DNA from: a virus
Virus record (IMG/VR): IMGVR_UViG_3300028920_000068
Span: 6,427-70,426 of that record
DNA: 64,000 bases
Strand: one strand, 5' to 3'
The position numbers and the translations under genes were made by a program. The notes under the pieces were generated by a model that saw nothing but the letters and a program-made list of their open reading frames with translations, made no database searches and was not told the DNA's origin. This document shows positions 1-9,074 of this stretch, in pieces. Numbering within the stretch: the first letter of the stretch is position 1; every line of letters starts with the position of its first letter.

Positions 1-1
1 T

Positions 2-448
2 ATTGTATCCCTTGATGATTATTATTTAGTCCATGCCACAATCAGGGCTGTAAACAGGAAGAAACTTGGTTTAGACTGTGTGGGTCTATCTGAGATTGAT
101 TGGGAATCTTTGAAACGTATTTATGAAGATTTTGAGGAACAGCGAGAAATACATTTTAAGAGAACGCATAGATTTTTAGAGTCTATTGAACATAACACCA
201 TAGAAAGTTCTGAGATTGATTATTTGATTATTGAGGGCTTATACGCAAATTATTTGAAAAAGTTTTATTCAAATAACTTTAGTGTCTTTTTAGAGGGTAA
301 TCCAAAACAGACTTTTAAATTTAGAAAGATGCGGGGCAAAGAAGACGAATTAGATGCTTTTCGTAAAAAGGTTGTGAAAAAAGAATATAATGTTGTTGTC
401 CAGCTTAAGCGATATGCTGATTTAACAATTCCATTTAAGGAGGACTAG
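2..448 (+). CDS. Uridine kinase / phosphoribulokinase-like P-loop kinase, 5'-truncated by the window edge
   Basis: Frame 2 is open from the window start (IVSLDDYY...), with later IIEGLYA; both motifs are typical of the uridine kinase/PRK family. The Walker A would lie upstream of the window. Confidence 0.6.
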   Translation: MVSLDDYYLVHATIRAVNRKKLGLDCVGLSEIDWESLKRIYEDFEEQREIHFKRTHRFLESIEHNTIESSEIDYLIIEGLYANYLKKFYSNNFSVFLEGNPKQTFKFRKMRGKEDELDAFRKKVVKKEYNVVVQLKRYADLTIPFKED

Positions 449-481
449 ATGTTTAAATTTGGCGATAAAAAGGAAAACTCT

Positions 482-1009
482 ATGAAAAAAACAATTTTAA
501 TTTTTTTAACTTGTTTAATGTTAAGTGGATGTGCAGGTATTATTCCTAGAATAACTACAGACACGCCAAATACCGTTCCGCAAGTTACTCAAAAGTCTAA
601 AGCAAAAGAAATTTGTAAAGGAAAAGCAGAATGGGACGAAATGGGTAACATCCTTTCTTGTTCTAAGGGATATTTTAGATATGATTATGGATATAATAAA
701 CAAGAAAGACGAATGACTATTATTGAACGAGTAAGAAGTTGGTTTAATGCTATTCTTGCTTGGGGTATTCCGGGTCTTATAGTTCTCTTTATTTTCTTTC
801 CTAGCATATTTATGGCAGTCGGTACACTTATTGGAAAATTGATTGAAAGAGCTTATGGTTCCGCTTCAATTGCTCTAAAAAGAGTAGTAAAGGCTGTTCA
901 AAAAACTCGTAAAGAAGGTAAGGATTTGAATCAAGCATTGGAAGCAGAGCTTGATATAAAAGATAAAGATTACATTGCTAAAGTTAAAAAAGAGGAGAAG
1001 ATTAAATGA
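482..1009 (+). CDS. Lipoprotein with an additional C-proximal transmembrane helix (unimolecular spanin-like topology)
   Basis: MKK + hydrophobic stretch + lipobox LSGC; second hydrophobic segment AILAWGIPGLIVLFIFFPSIFMAVG. Confidence 0.55.
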   Translation: MKKTILIFLTCLMLSGCAGIIPRITTDTPNTVPQVTQKSKAKEICKGKAEWDEMGNILSCSKGYFRYDYGYNKQERRMTIIERVRSWFNAILAWGIPGLIVLFIFFPSIFMAVGTLIGKLIERAYGSASIALKRVVKAVQKTRKEGKDLNQALEAELDIKDKDYIAKVKKEEKIK

Positions 1010-1515
1010 TGATAGTTGATACTCCTAGAGTTTTAAAAATTTATTTGGCCGGATATATGTCTGGGTCTTGTTTAGATAAATGTTTGGCATGGAGAAAGCG
1101 AATCCGGGATCATTATGGAAATTGGAAAGATGCGGGACTCCCGTATCCGGTAACTTTTCTTGATCCTTTTAATGGCCCTGAGATCAGTACTATTTCAAAG
1201 GATGGTTTAAAATCTGAAGTACCACCAAAGGCGATTCTTATGGGCGATTATATGTCGGTAAAAGAGGCAGATCTCTTAATTGTTAATTGGGATACCTTTG
1301 GAGAAAAAAGAGCCTCGGTGGGAACGCCCTCTGAGATGGCATGGGCTTGGCAATTAGGAAAGCCGATTATTACAATCATTAAAGACTCAGAAAATATGAA
1401 ACACCATCCATTTATCGGCGGCTTTACAACTATTTTTGTAGAGTCGGTAGAAGAATTATTAAACTCTAAACATATAAACTATTTTTATAAAAGAGTCAAC
1501 CATGCAAATTATTAA
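1006..1515 (+). CDS. Nucleoside 2-deoxyribosyltransferase / dNMP N-glycosidase (Rcl/DNPH1-like) fold protein
   Basis: KIYLAGYM, D...ADLLIV, SVGTPSEMAWAWQLGKPII (catalytic Glu motif GTxxE). Confidence 0.8.
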   Translation: MMIVDTPRVLKIYLAGYMSGSCLDKCLAWRKRIRDHYGNWKDAGLPYPVTFLDPFNGPEISTISKDGLKSEVPPKAILMGDYMSVKEADLLIVNWDTFGEKRASVGTPSEMAWAWQLGKPIITIIKDSENMKHHPFIGGFTTIFVESVEELLNSKHINYFYKRVNHANY

Positions 1516-2095
1516 TGATTGGATTAAAACTTATTTAATCGGGCCGATGGAAGCCACTAAAGCTAAGGACGGTGGGCGTGGCTGGCGTAGTGAAGTTCGA
1601 AAAGAATTAAAAAAGAGGGTAGATAAAAATGGAAATCCGGTATATATTTTTGATCCTACATTAGAAGAACAGAACAAAACTGGTATGGAAGCTGAAACTT
1701 TACATAAAAAAATAAAGGGGTGGTTGGCTTCCGGCCATAATGCAAAGGTTAAAAAGAATGGTAAATTAATTTGGAAGGGTAAAACTTATATTGAAAAAAC
1801 TGAAGAAGGAAAGGCCCGTCTGGTTCATATTATGGGCGATATTGATTATGTGAGAAATTCCAATTTTTTAATTGCTCGTATGGAGCCCGGAGATGATCCT
1901 TGTGGTACGTTTGGTGAAGGAGGGATAGCGTTAGAACATGATATTCCTATTTATGTAATTCAGACCATGCCTAGGACACACTATAAGGGAAGTTTTACTC
2001 AATGGGTTTATGCAAGTGAGGGTGGATTTTTTAATTCAATTGCAGAGTTGATGGTATTTTTAGACAAAAAATATCAGTTAAAAATTAAGAAGTAA
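1502..2095 (+). CDS. Second nucleoside 2-deoxyribosyltransferase-fold protein
   Basis: TYLIGPM, FDP, DIDYV, CGTFGEGGIALEHDIPIY. Confidence 0.7.
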   Translation: MQIINDWIKTYLIGPMEATKAKDGGRGWRSEVRKELKKRVDKNGNPVYIFDPTLEEQNKTGMEAETLHKKIKGWLASGHNAKVKKNGKLIWKGKTYIEKTEEGKARLVHIMGDIDYVRNSNFLIARMEPGDDPCGTFGEGGIALEHDIPIYVIQTMPRTHYKGSFTQWVYASEGGFFNSIAELMVFLDKKYQLKIKK

Positions 2096-2105
2096 AGGAT
2101 GTGCT

Positions 2106-2372
2106 ATGGAAGTTCACTATTGTGATCTATGTCCTAATGTGCTTAAAAAAGAACGCCATATTGTAGTTATAATCCACGATCAGGAATTCAGTAGAGGAAA
2201 ACAACAATATCGCCAGCAACAACCGCAAGCGAGTTATGAAATCTGTGATTCTTGTTATCAATTAATAATGAAAATTTTTTCTCATAAAACCTATAAGATT
2301 GATGAAATAAAAAAATGGATCAATAAAACTTATGAATTACCTAAAGAGGAGCAAAATAAAGATGGAGAATAA
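2106..2372 (+). CDS. Hypothetical protein with CxxC...CxxC (zinc-binding)
   Basis: CDLC and CDSC; SD AAGGA upstream. Confidence 0.55.
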   Translation: MEVHYCDLCPNVLKKERHIVVIIHDQEFSRGKQQYRQQQPQASYEICDSCYQLIMKIFSHKTYKIDEIKKWINKTYELPKEEQNKDGE

Positions 2373-2823
2373 TTCTAAGGACACTAATCCAAAAGATGCC
2401 GTAGGAACAAAAAAGGTTCCTATCTCAGTTGTACCTTTACCTGTAATTGGTGAAGTTGGTTGTGCTATGTTGGAGGGAGCCAGAAAATATGGTCGCCATA
2501 ATTATAGAGAGGCTGGAGTCCGAGCCAGTGTTTATATTGATGCTGTTATTATGAGGCATTTAGCCCCGTTTTGGGAGGGTGAAGATATTGACCCGGATTC
2601 TGGTATTCATCATATTGTCAAGGCTATTGCAGGTTTGATGGTGTTAAGAGATAGTATGATTCAGGGAAATTGGGTAGATGATCGGCCACCGAAATCTCCT
2701 GATGGTTGGAAAGATGAATTAAATAAAAAAGCTGCGGCAATTATTGAAAAATATCCTAACGCAAAGGAACCCTATACGGAATTAGGACAACAGGGAAATA
2801 AGAATAATGGCAAAACAACCTAA
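2362..2823 (+). CDS. dATP/dGTP diphosphohydrolase domain protein (DUF5664-type)
   Basis: TNPKDAVGTKKVP...EGARKYGRHNYR...GEDIDPDSGIHH...DDRP family signature; SD GAGGAG before ATG 2362. Confidence 0.85.
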   Translation: MENNSKDTNPKDAVGTKKVPISVVPLPVIGEVGCAMLEGARKYGRHNYREAGVRASVYIDAVIMRHLAPFWEGEDIDPDSGIHHIVKAIAGLMVLRDSMIQGNWVDDRPPKSPDGWKDELNKKAAAIIEKYPNAKEPYTELGQQGNKNNGKTT

Positions 2824-3112
2824 ATGGTTTAACCAAGAAAAATCTATTAAGAAAAAAGCCAATGAAAAAGAAGAGCGGCTTTATAAGCATTTTCTGTCCG
2901 GGGCCCTTTCATGGAAGGGTGATTTTAGTGATGATACTACCTGCATTGATTTAAAATCCACGAAGCATAAATCAATTCGAGTAACCACAGAGATGCTGGA
3001 TAAACTTCAAAAGGATTCATTAGAGATGGGAAAACCGGATTCAATCTTAGTATTAGAATTACCGAAATATTATGTGATGTGTAAAGTGATACGAAAGGCG
3101 GATATGGAATGA
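2807..3112 (+). CDS. PD-(D/E)XK nuclease, Holliday-junction-resolvase-like
   Basis: SGA...KGD...IDLKST motif. Confidence 0.6.
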   Translation: MAKQPKWFNQEKSIKKKANEKEERLYKHFLSGALSWKGDFSDDTTCIDLKSTKHKSIRVTTEMLDKLQKDSLEMGKPDSILVLELPKYYVMCKVIRKADME

Positions 3113-3244
3113 TCTATAACATACTTTATTCTATGATGTTAATTGGATTTGCCGGCTGTTCTGCTTATGCTCCGGGTTGGAGAATGAAAATTGTAGGTCT
3201 GCTTTTAACGGGTGTTAATGCTCTATTATTTTTGAGAGGTTAAA

Positions 3245-3631
3245 ATGAAAAAATTTTGTGTTGATTTAGAAATAGCAAAAGAATTAAATAAAAATAGTTT
3301 TCCTCAAAGTAAATTTTGTTGGTATAGATGCTATTCTAATAATAAATTAAAATGGTTTCATGGATTATTTGATGAGAATGATAAAGTTAATAAACAAATT
3401 TTTGCCCCAACTTCTGATGAAATTTTAAAAGAATTGCCAAAACAAATTGTTTGCGGTGGAAAAATTTATACGTTAATAATTGACTGCCATCTTACCCGAT
3501 ATGAAATCCAATACGTCAATTATTTAGGAGCCCCTATAAACTTGTTATTCGATTTTATAGAAGATCCCAAATTAGTAAACGCTCTCGCAAAGTGTTGGCT
3601 GTATCTTAAAAAAGAAGGGTGTATAAAATGA
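3245..3631 (+). CDS. Hypothetical phage protein
   Basis: ORF with SD GAGG; LEIAKEL...APTSDEILKELP resembles a common phage hypothetical family. Confidence 0.55.
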   Translation: MKKFCVDLEIAKELNKNSFPQSKFCWYRCYSNNKLKWFHGLFDENDKVNKQIFAPTSDEILKELPKQIVCGGKIYTLIIDCHLTRYEIQYVNYLGAPINLLFDFIEDPKLVNALAKCWLYLKKEGCIK

Positions 3632-3734
3632 AACAAAGAAATAAAGTAAAGAGACTTCAAAGACGGATCAAAGCTTACGAAGAATTGGATAGTCGAGATA
3701 AAAAGGATCGAAGAAAACCCGGGAGTTTTAAAAG

Positions 3735-4190
3735 ATGATTGAATTTTATCTTGCCAAACTTGCATATTTTTTAATGATACTTGGTAAAATGTGTCTAGCT
3801 TGTGGTATAGGTATGGTTATTGGTCGAGAACGAAAACGTAACGATAAGCCCGGCGGTTCTAGGACATTTGCTTTAATTTGTTTAGGGGCCTGTAACATTG
3901 CTATATTAACCCAAAAAATTGCGCTTTTAAATCCAGCTATACATAATTTTACCAGATTAATGTCATACGGTTTAGCAAGTATTGGATTTATTGGTAGTGG
4001 GGTTATTATTCATTTAAAGGATAAGGTTGAGGGTATCACTACGGCAGCAACTCTATGGGCTATTGTTTTAGTGGGATATTTAATTGGTTTAGAATATTTC
4101 CTTTGGGCCGGAACAACGGCTTTTCTTATGTGGCTAATCTTAGAGGCTAAATATAGAGATTTTTTTGGAGGATATGATGAAGAAGACTAA
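3735..4190 (+). CDS. mgtC: MgtC/SapB family membrane protein
   Basis: IGRER...PGGSRTFALICLGA...IGFIGSGVI...VEGITTAATLW. Confidence 0.85.
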   Translation: MIEFYLAKLAYFLMILGKMCLACGIGMVIGRERKRNDKPGGSRTFALICLGACNIAILTQKIALLNPAIHNFTRLMSYGLASIGFIGSGVIIHLKDKVEGITTAATLWAIVLVGYLIGLEYFLWAGTTAFLMWLILEAKYRDFFGGYDEED

Positions 4191-4482
4191 GTTTAAATTA
4201 GGACAAAAGGTTTGGGTTGTTTATGAATTAAAAGGGGCACTTATTAGAGGCGAGATTAACTCTATTGATGTACCTAAATTAAATAATCCAAATTATGAGT
4301 ATAGTATATTATGTCCTGAGTCAAATTTTCTTTTACCCGGAGTTCCAGAATATGTAATCGGTAAGACTAAAAAAGAAGCTTTAAAATTATATGAAGAAAT
4401 TTGGAAAGGCACAGAATCATGGCGGTCAAAAGAAGTAACAAAAAGAACACTAAAAAGCGCAAAGAAAAATATCCTGCGTTAA
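4174..4482 (+). CDS. Hypothetical protein (SH3-like KFKLGQKVW start)
   Basis: ORF with SD GGAGG upstream of ATG. Confidence 0.5.
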   Translation: MMKKTKFKLGQKVWVVYELKGALIRGEINSIDVPKLNNPNYEYSILCPESNFLLPGVPEYVIGKTKKEALKLYEEIWKGTESWRSKEVTKRTLKSAKKNILR

Positions 4483-5378
4483 GAGAAAAGATTCTAATTA
4501 TCGGAGATCCTCATTGTAATCAGGGCCGTGAAAAGGCTTGGGATTATGCTAAGCGGAGTTTATTTAAAGTTATCGCCAAGGAATCTTTTGATAAAGCAAT
4601 TATTACAGGAGATTTATTTGATAAGACCCCTACCATTAAAGAGCGGGTAATGATGGCTAATTTTCTCCAGCAACTCTCTAAACACAGAAAATGTAAGGAG
4701 ATTATTTTAATTAAAGGAACCGATTCCCATGAAATGACTAACGGTTATTATAATTTTGAAGACATAACTGTTTTAACAAATATTCAGGCTTGGAAAGAAT
4801 TGGCTTTGGGTAAATATGTTTTTGGTCATTATGAGGTCAAAGGAACCCGGTATATTAATGGTCATTTATCTGAAAGCAATCGTAAAGTAGATCCACAATT
4901 AATTTATGTTTTGGGACACATTCACCAACCTGTATGTTCATTTAAAAATGTAAATTATGTGGGCTCTTTATACAAGGTTTCTTTTTCAGAGATCGAAGAT
5001 CAAAAACGAATAGGCATTATTGAAAACAATAAATTAAAATGGAAACAGATTGATTCTCGGCCTATGTATGAAATTAATCTTATTGGAGAGGGGGGTAAAG
5101 TTAAAGGTTCTGGATTAAAAAAGCTTCAGTCTAATAAAGAAACAGACATAGATTTAAAAATCAAGGCTATAACAGATACGGTTTCTGTTGGAGAAATTCA
5201 TCGAGCAATTAATAAAATCCGAAAACAATATAAGGTTGAATATTATAAAGAAGAGATAAAAGTCAAGGAAATTAAAACCGATATTCCCGAAGACTTGAAT
5301 CAAGAGGAATTATTGAAAAAATATTGCGAGCTTAAAAAAGTGTCCTATGCTATTATTAATAAGGAGTTATCGAAATGA
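4419..5378 (+). CDS. sbcD: SbcD/Mre11-like metallophosphoesterase nuclease
   Basis: IIGDPH, TGDLFD, GTDSHE, LGHIH, YVGS motifs; paired with SbcC downstream. Confidence 0.8.
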   Translation: MAVKRSNKKNTKKRKEKYPALREKILIIGDPHCNQGREKAWDYAKRSLFKVIAKESFDKAIITGDLFDKTPTIKERVMMANFLQQLSKHRKCKEIILIKGTDSHEMTNGYYNFEDITVLTNIQAWKELALGKYVFGHYEVKGTRYINGHLSESNRKVDPQLIYVLGHIHQPVCSFKNVNYVGSLYKVSFSEIEDQKRIGIIENNKLKWKQIDSRPMYEINLIGEGGKVKGSGLKKLQSNKETDIDLKIKAITDTVSVGEIHRAINKIRKQYKVEYYKEEIKVKEIKTDIPEDLNQEELLKKYCELKKVSYAIINKELSK

Positions 5379-5569
5379 AAACCGATCAATTACCCAAAGT
5401 AGTTGAGCAGTTAAAACTTGACTTACATAAAAGAGTTCAGCAATTTAATAAAGAAACGGGTTTAGAGATTAGCGGAGTAATCGTTGAAGGTATTTATACG
5501 GATGCTCCTGTGGCAGATCAGAACCCTATTTTAAAAACTTATCGTGTTGGAGTGAATATAGAATTATGA
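5375..5569 (+). CDS. Hypothetical protein
   Basis: ATGA-coupled small ORF with SD AAGGAG. Confidence 0.5.
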   Translation: MKTDQLPKVVEQLKLDLHKRVQQFNKETGLEISGVIVEGIYTDAPVADQNPILKTYRVGVNIEL

Positions 5570-6192
5570 GTGCCTTATCTTTTGACTTAGATGAAATTTG
5601 TAGTATTTTGGATAAAGAAATTCGGCCTAATACTATGTCTTTGGGTGTAGATGGGGCCCAAAAGAAAACCGGGATTTGTTTATTACGGACAACGAAAACT
5701 AAATTTTATGTTGAAGGATTTTATGAGATTCAGATGAAAGGCGTAGGTAAGGGAAATTTACATAAGAAATTACCGGAATATCTTTCTTACTGTAAAAATG
5801 TTTGTGCCGATTTACCCTTGTGGTCTAAATATGATAGAAGGTTAATTATTGAAGATTGTTATTATGGTATGTCTATTTGGACAACTAAAGTTTTGGCGAA
5901 ATATGCGGTGGTATCTTTCTTTGCATTTAAAAAATGGGCTACAGATATACCTGAGCCTATTCAACCTATTACAGCTAGAAAGAAAGTAGGTTTTGTGGCA
6001 GATTCGGGAAAATTCCATTATGAATTGCGTACTGTGGCTGGAGAACAGAAGCGAAAGAAAATTTGGGATCGGAAACCGTTACCGTTAAAAGATCAAATTA
6101 TTAATTATGTCGAGGAAAATTTTAACATTGAATTAGACTCGGATGATTTTGCAGACGCTTTCATCCTTGCCCTATCGGGATTAATTGAATAA
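5566..6192 (+). CDS. RuvC-like Holliday junction resolvase
   Basis: LGVDGAQKKTGIC, LIIED, DDFADA catalytic pattern. Confidence 0.7.
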   Translation: MSALSFDLDEICSILDKEIRPNTMSLGVDGAQKKTGICLLRTTKTKFYVEGFYEIQMKGVGKGNLHKKLPEYLSYCKNVCADLPLWSKYDRRLIIEDCYYGMSIWTTKVLAKYAVVSFFAFKKWATDIPEPIQPITARKKVGFVADSGKFHYELRTVAGEQKRKKIWDRKPLPLKDQIINYVEENFNIELDSDDFADAFILALSGLIE

Positions 6193-6653
6193 TGTATAAA
6201 CATTGTTATAAAGCACAGGATTTTGTGGACGAATGGACAACTCGGTTAGGGTTGCCAACAGTATTCGTGAAGGAATACTCGAAGAAGAAATTTACTGCGG
6301 GTATTATTCCAACTGCGAGTACAGTTCTTTTCAATCCAAAAGAGATTAATGATAGACAGATTTTTGTTGTTTCTCTATTACATGAGCTTTGTCATTGGTG
6401 GTTTTATTGGAATCATACAGATGAAAGTTATGCTGATGAATCAAAAGTAATTCCAATGACAGTGGAATGGATTAAGAAATATTATCCGAGTTATTTTCAA
6501 GCACTCTTAACTCGCTATGCTCGGATCATTCGGCGTTGTGAAAAATATATTTCAGAAGATTTAGTGATGAGAAAGACAGAACATTATTATGGATTTATTA
6601 AAGTATTAGTCAAGTATGGAGTAATTACAAATGTTAAAAAAGTTACACAATAA
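6192..6653 (+). CDS. Small zincin-like metallopeptidase
   Basis: LLHELCH (HExxH). Confidence 0.55.
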   Translation: MYKHCYKAQDFVDEWTTRLGLPTVFVKEYSKKKFTAGIIPTASTVLFNPKEINDRQIFVVSLLHELCHWWFYWNHTDESYADESKVIPMTVEWIKKYYPSYFQALLTRYARIIRRCEKYISEDLVMRKTEHYYGFIKVLVKYGVITNVKKVTQ

Positions 6654-8061
6654 AAATTTTGGAATTCATAAAGATTTAACTGTTAAGTTTAGAGAGGGTA
6701 TTAATGCTGTCATTGGCCCCAATCGAACAGGCAAGACTCAATTGATGGAAAGTATATGCTTCGGCCTCTACGGAAAAACCCAGAATTCCAAGCTGGAAAA
6801 AATCATTAACTTTGATGCGGATAAAGCTCAGGTCGATTTATCTTTATCTGAATTTGATATATCCCGGAATAGAACAAAAACGGGTTCTTCTATGTCAGGC
6901 ATTAAAAAATTAGAATTAGATACCAAATTAAATTTGGATTATCAAGAATTTTTAAGTATCTTTTATATTTCTTCCCATGAACAAAAGAGTTTATTTGATC
7001 CTTCGTATTTAAGACAATTTCTTATTTCAATTTTTGATCTGGATAAATATTCTCGGAAACATCAAGAACTTAAGGCCGAATATCGGGGATTAAAAGCGGT
7101 AGATGTTGAAATTAAGAAACCAAACATTCCCTTATTGAAACACAGATTTGCTAGAGTTAAAAAAATTGTTGAAAGAGAAAAGATAAACTTAGAAAAATAT
7201 GAAACGATTTCTAAAAAAATTACTAAAGCTTTAACTCAGCTTGCCTCAAAAGAGGGTGAGTTAAACACAAAGAAAAGAATTATCAAAAAGAAATATGTTT
7301 TATTGAAATCGGGTAAGTGTCCTGAGTGCTCCCGGCCCTATGATAAGAAACACATCGAAGAGGGGCTTAAAAAGGCAAAAATTAATTTTGATAAAATTCA
7401 GCAATATGAAAAGAGTTTTGCTATCAAAAGACGAGAGTATGAAAGTAAAGAAGAAAAATGTGATACATTGATTAATCAAATCATGGCCCGTATTAATCGA
7501 GGCAGAAGAATTTTAACTATTCTCAAGGAACGCTCTCGGGAAACGGTGGTTAAGACAAATAAAGAGCGCATTAAGGAACTGGAAAAAATTATCCCCATTT
7601 TCGATCCAAAGGGTTTTCCCTCTTATTTGTTGCAGGTTTATGTGCCTGTAATTACTCAGACAGCTAATAATCTTTTAAGTGTTATTTTTCCAGATACTAT
7701 AGTAGATATTCGCACAGAGCGGCCCGAGTCTAATCGACCAGATTTTAAACCTTTTATTCATCGGGGCGAAGAAATATTGGAGATGAAAGATCTCTCTGGT
7801 TCGGAGAGAGTTTTAGTTAATCTCTGTTTTCGTTTGGGTATTATGGTAATTTTTAAACGCTTGTGTAATACCTGTATTGATTTTATGTTAATAGATGAAG
7901 GATTAGAAAAGGTTGATGATAACAACTGTTTAAGAATACTCGATCTCTTTGAAAATTTTATGAATTTGGGTTTTTTGAAACAGGTTGTTATGGTAACGCA
8001 TAAAGATATTTTAAAGAAACAAGAGCAGGTAAATTATGTTGAATTAATGGTACAAAGGTAA
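6631..8061 (+). CDS. sbcC: SbcC/Rad50-like ATPase
   Basis: Walker A GPNRTGKT, zinc hook CPEC in coiled coil, signature LSGSE, Walker B MLIDEG, VTH. Confidence 0.9.
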   Translation: MLKKLHNKNFGIHKDLTVKFREGINAVIGPNRTGKTQLMESICFGLYGKTQNSKLEKIINFDADKAQVDLSLSEFDISRNRTKTGSSMSGIKKLELDTKLNLDYQEFLSIFYISSHEQKSLFDPSYLRQFLISIFDLDKYSRKHQELKAEYRGLKAVDVEIKKPNIPLLKHRFARVKKIVEREKINLEKYETISKKITKALTQLASKEGELNTKKRIIKKKYVLLKSGKCPECSRPYDKKHIEEGLKKAKINFDKIQQYEKSFAIKRREYESKEEKCDTLINQIMARINRGRRILTILKERSRETVVKTNKERIKELEKIIPIFDPKGFPSYLLQVYVPVITQTANNLLSVIFPDTIVDIRTERPESNRPDFKPFIHRGEEILEMKDLSGSERVLVNLCFRLGIMVIFKRLCNTCIDFMLIDEGLEKVDDNNCLRILDLFENFMNLGFLKQVVMVTHKDILKKQEQVNYVELMVQR

Positions 8062-8085
8062 AATGAAAGACGGCTTATATCAAGT
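8043..8085 (+). repeat. 43-bp direct repeat, copy 1
   Basis: ATTAATGGTACAAAGGTAAAATGAAAGACGGCTTATATCAAGT, identical to 8897-8939. Confidence 0.95.
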
Positions 8086-8173
8086 AACATATATGGGAAT
8101 TTTATCTTGCATTAATAACCATAATTCTTGTTAGTGGTATTATATTTATAGGTTTAAATAATTTATAAGGAGA

Positions 8174-8521
8174 ATGGAAAAAATGAAATCCTTTAAATAT
8201 TTTATTGAGATAATCGTACTAAGTCTTCTTGTTGCTTATGTAACTACAGCTTGTTTTCTTTATTTCGAAAAAAGGAATAAAGAATATTACGATAATTCTC
8301 AGATGTGGATAATGAGTCAAATTGATGATTTGAAAAATAGAACAAAACAAGCAAATGGTTGTATAAATATAAAGGGTAGCGATTCTTTATATGCAATTAA
8401 ATATTTGTTGAATGAAGGTTATTGCGTTCAAAAAGAATTGTCTTCGCAAGATTCCGACTCGTCAAACAATATAGTAGCTGTTTTAACTGCTATAAAAAAT
8501 GTTCAAAAGGAGAATAAATAA
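8174..8521 (+). CDS. Hypothetical membrane-anchored protein
   Basis: N-terminal hydrophobic helix; SD AAGGAG. Confidence 0.55.
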   Translation: MEKMKSFKYFIEIIVLSLLVAYVTTACFLYFEKRNKEYYDNSQMWIMSQIDDLKNRTKQANGCINIKGSDSLYAIKYLLNEGYCVQKELSSQDSDSSNNIVAVLTAIKNVQKENK

Positions 8522-8724
8522 TGACTTCAGATGATCTTAAAAGAGAAATGTTAATAGAGTTTAGTGTTAGTATGTTGATTTTATTTTTACTTGTTTCAAT
8601 ACCATGCTGGATAATATATGGAATGGATAAAATAACTTATATTGAGTATATTCAAAATGGTTGGAGTTATTGTTGGGGCGTTAGTATTGATTGGGTTAAA
8701 CATTTTTTATCAAGATTAATTTAA
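8521..8724 (+). CDS. Small hypothetical membrane protein
   Basis: Hydrophobic segment; TAATG coupling. Confidence 0.55.
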   Translation: MTSDDLKREMLIEFSVSMLILFLLVSIPCWIIYGMDKITYIEYIQNGWSYCWGVSIDWVKHFLSRLI

Positions 8725-8734
8725 GGAGTTAATT

Positions 8735-8920
8735 ATGAAATTTAATAAAAAACAATGGATTATTAACCAATGGCTTCCACCAAATATTGTAAAAGAAATT
8801 AAAAATCATGAGGGTTGGTTGCACTTATCTACGACGATTCCGAATAATGAGGATGGAACAATTGAAATATCACCTATAAAGGGATGTCAATATTTTATTA
8901 ATGGTACAAAGGTAAAATGA
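8735..8920 (+). CDS. Hypothetical protein
   Basis: SD AAGGAG; ends within repeat copy 2. Confidence 0.5.
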   Translation: MKFNKKQWIINQWLPPNIVKEIKNHEGWLHLSTTIPNNEDGTIEISPIKGCQYFINGTKVK

Positions 8921-8939
8921 AAGACGGCTTATATCAAGT
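8897..8939 (+). repeat. 43-bp direct repeat, copy 2
   Basis: Identical to 8043-8085. Confidence 0.95.
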
Positions 8940-9060
8940 TAATTATAAAGGAATTTGTGCAGGTTTTGAAATAAAAAATGGGAAAGTAATTAATATTGCC
9001 CCAATTTTAAAGAAGAAATTTAATTTTTGGAAAACAATAGCAAAGAGGATAAAATCCTAA
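8917..9060 (+). CDS. Small hypothetical protein (47 aa, MKDGLYQVNYKGICAGF...)
   Basis: Open frame starting inside repeat copy 2; the truncated counterpart MKDGLYQVTYMGI starts at 8063. Confidence 0.5.
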   Translation: MKDGLYQVNYKGICAGFEIKNGKVINIAPILKKKFNFWKTIAKRIKS

Positions 9061-9074
9061 TGAAAGGATCAATA

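Noticed and set aside
2362-2823. Firm call of a Z (2-aminoadenine) genome
   Set aside because: The diphosphohydrolase family is widespread and no PurZ is in the window; kept only as a hypothesis.
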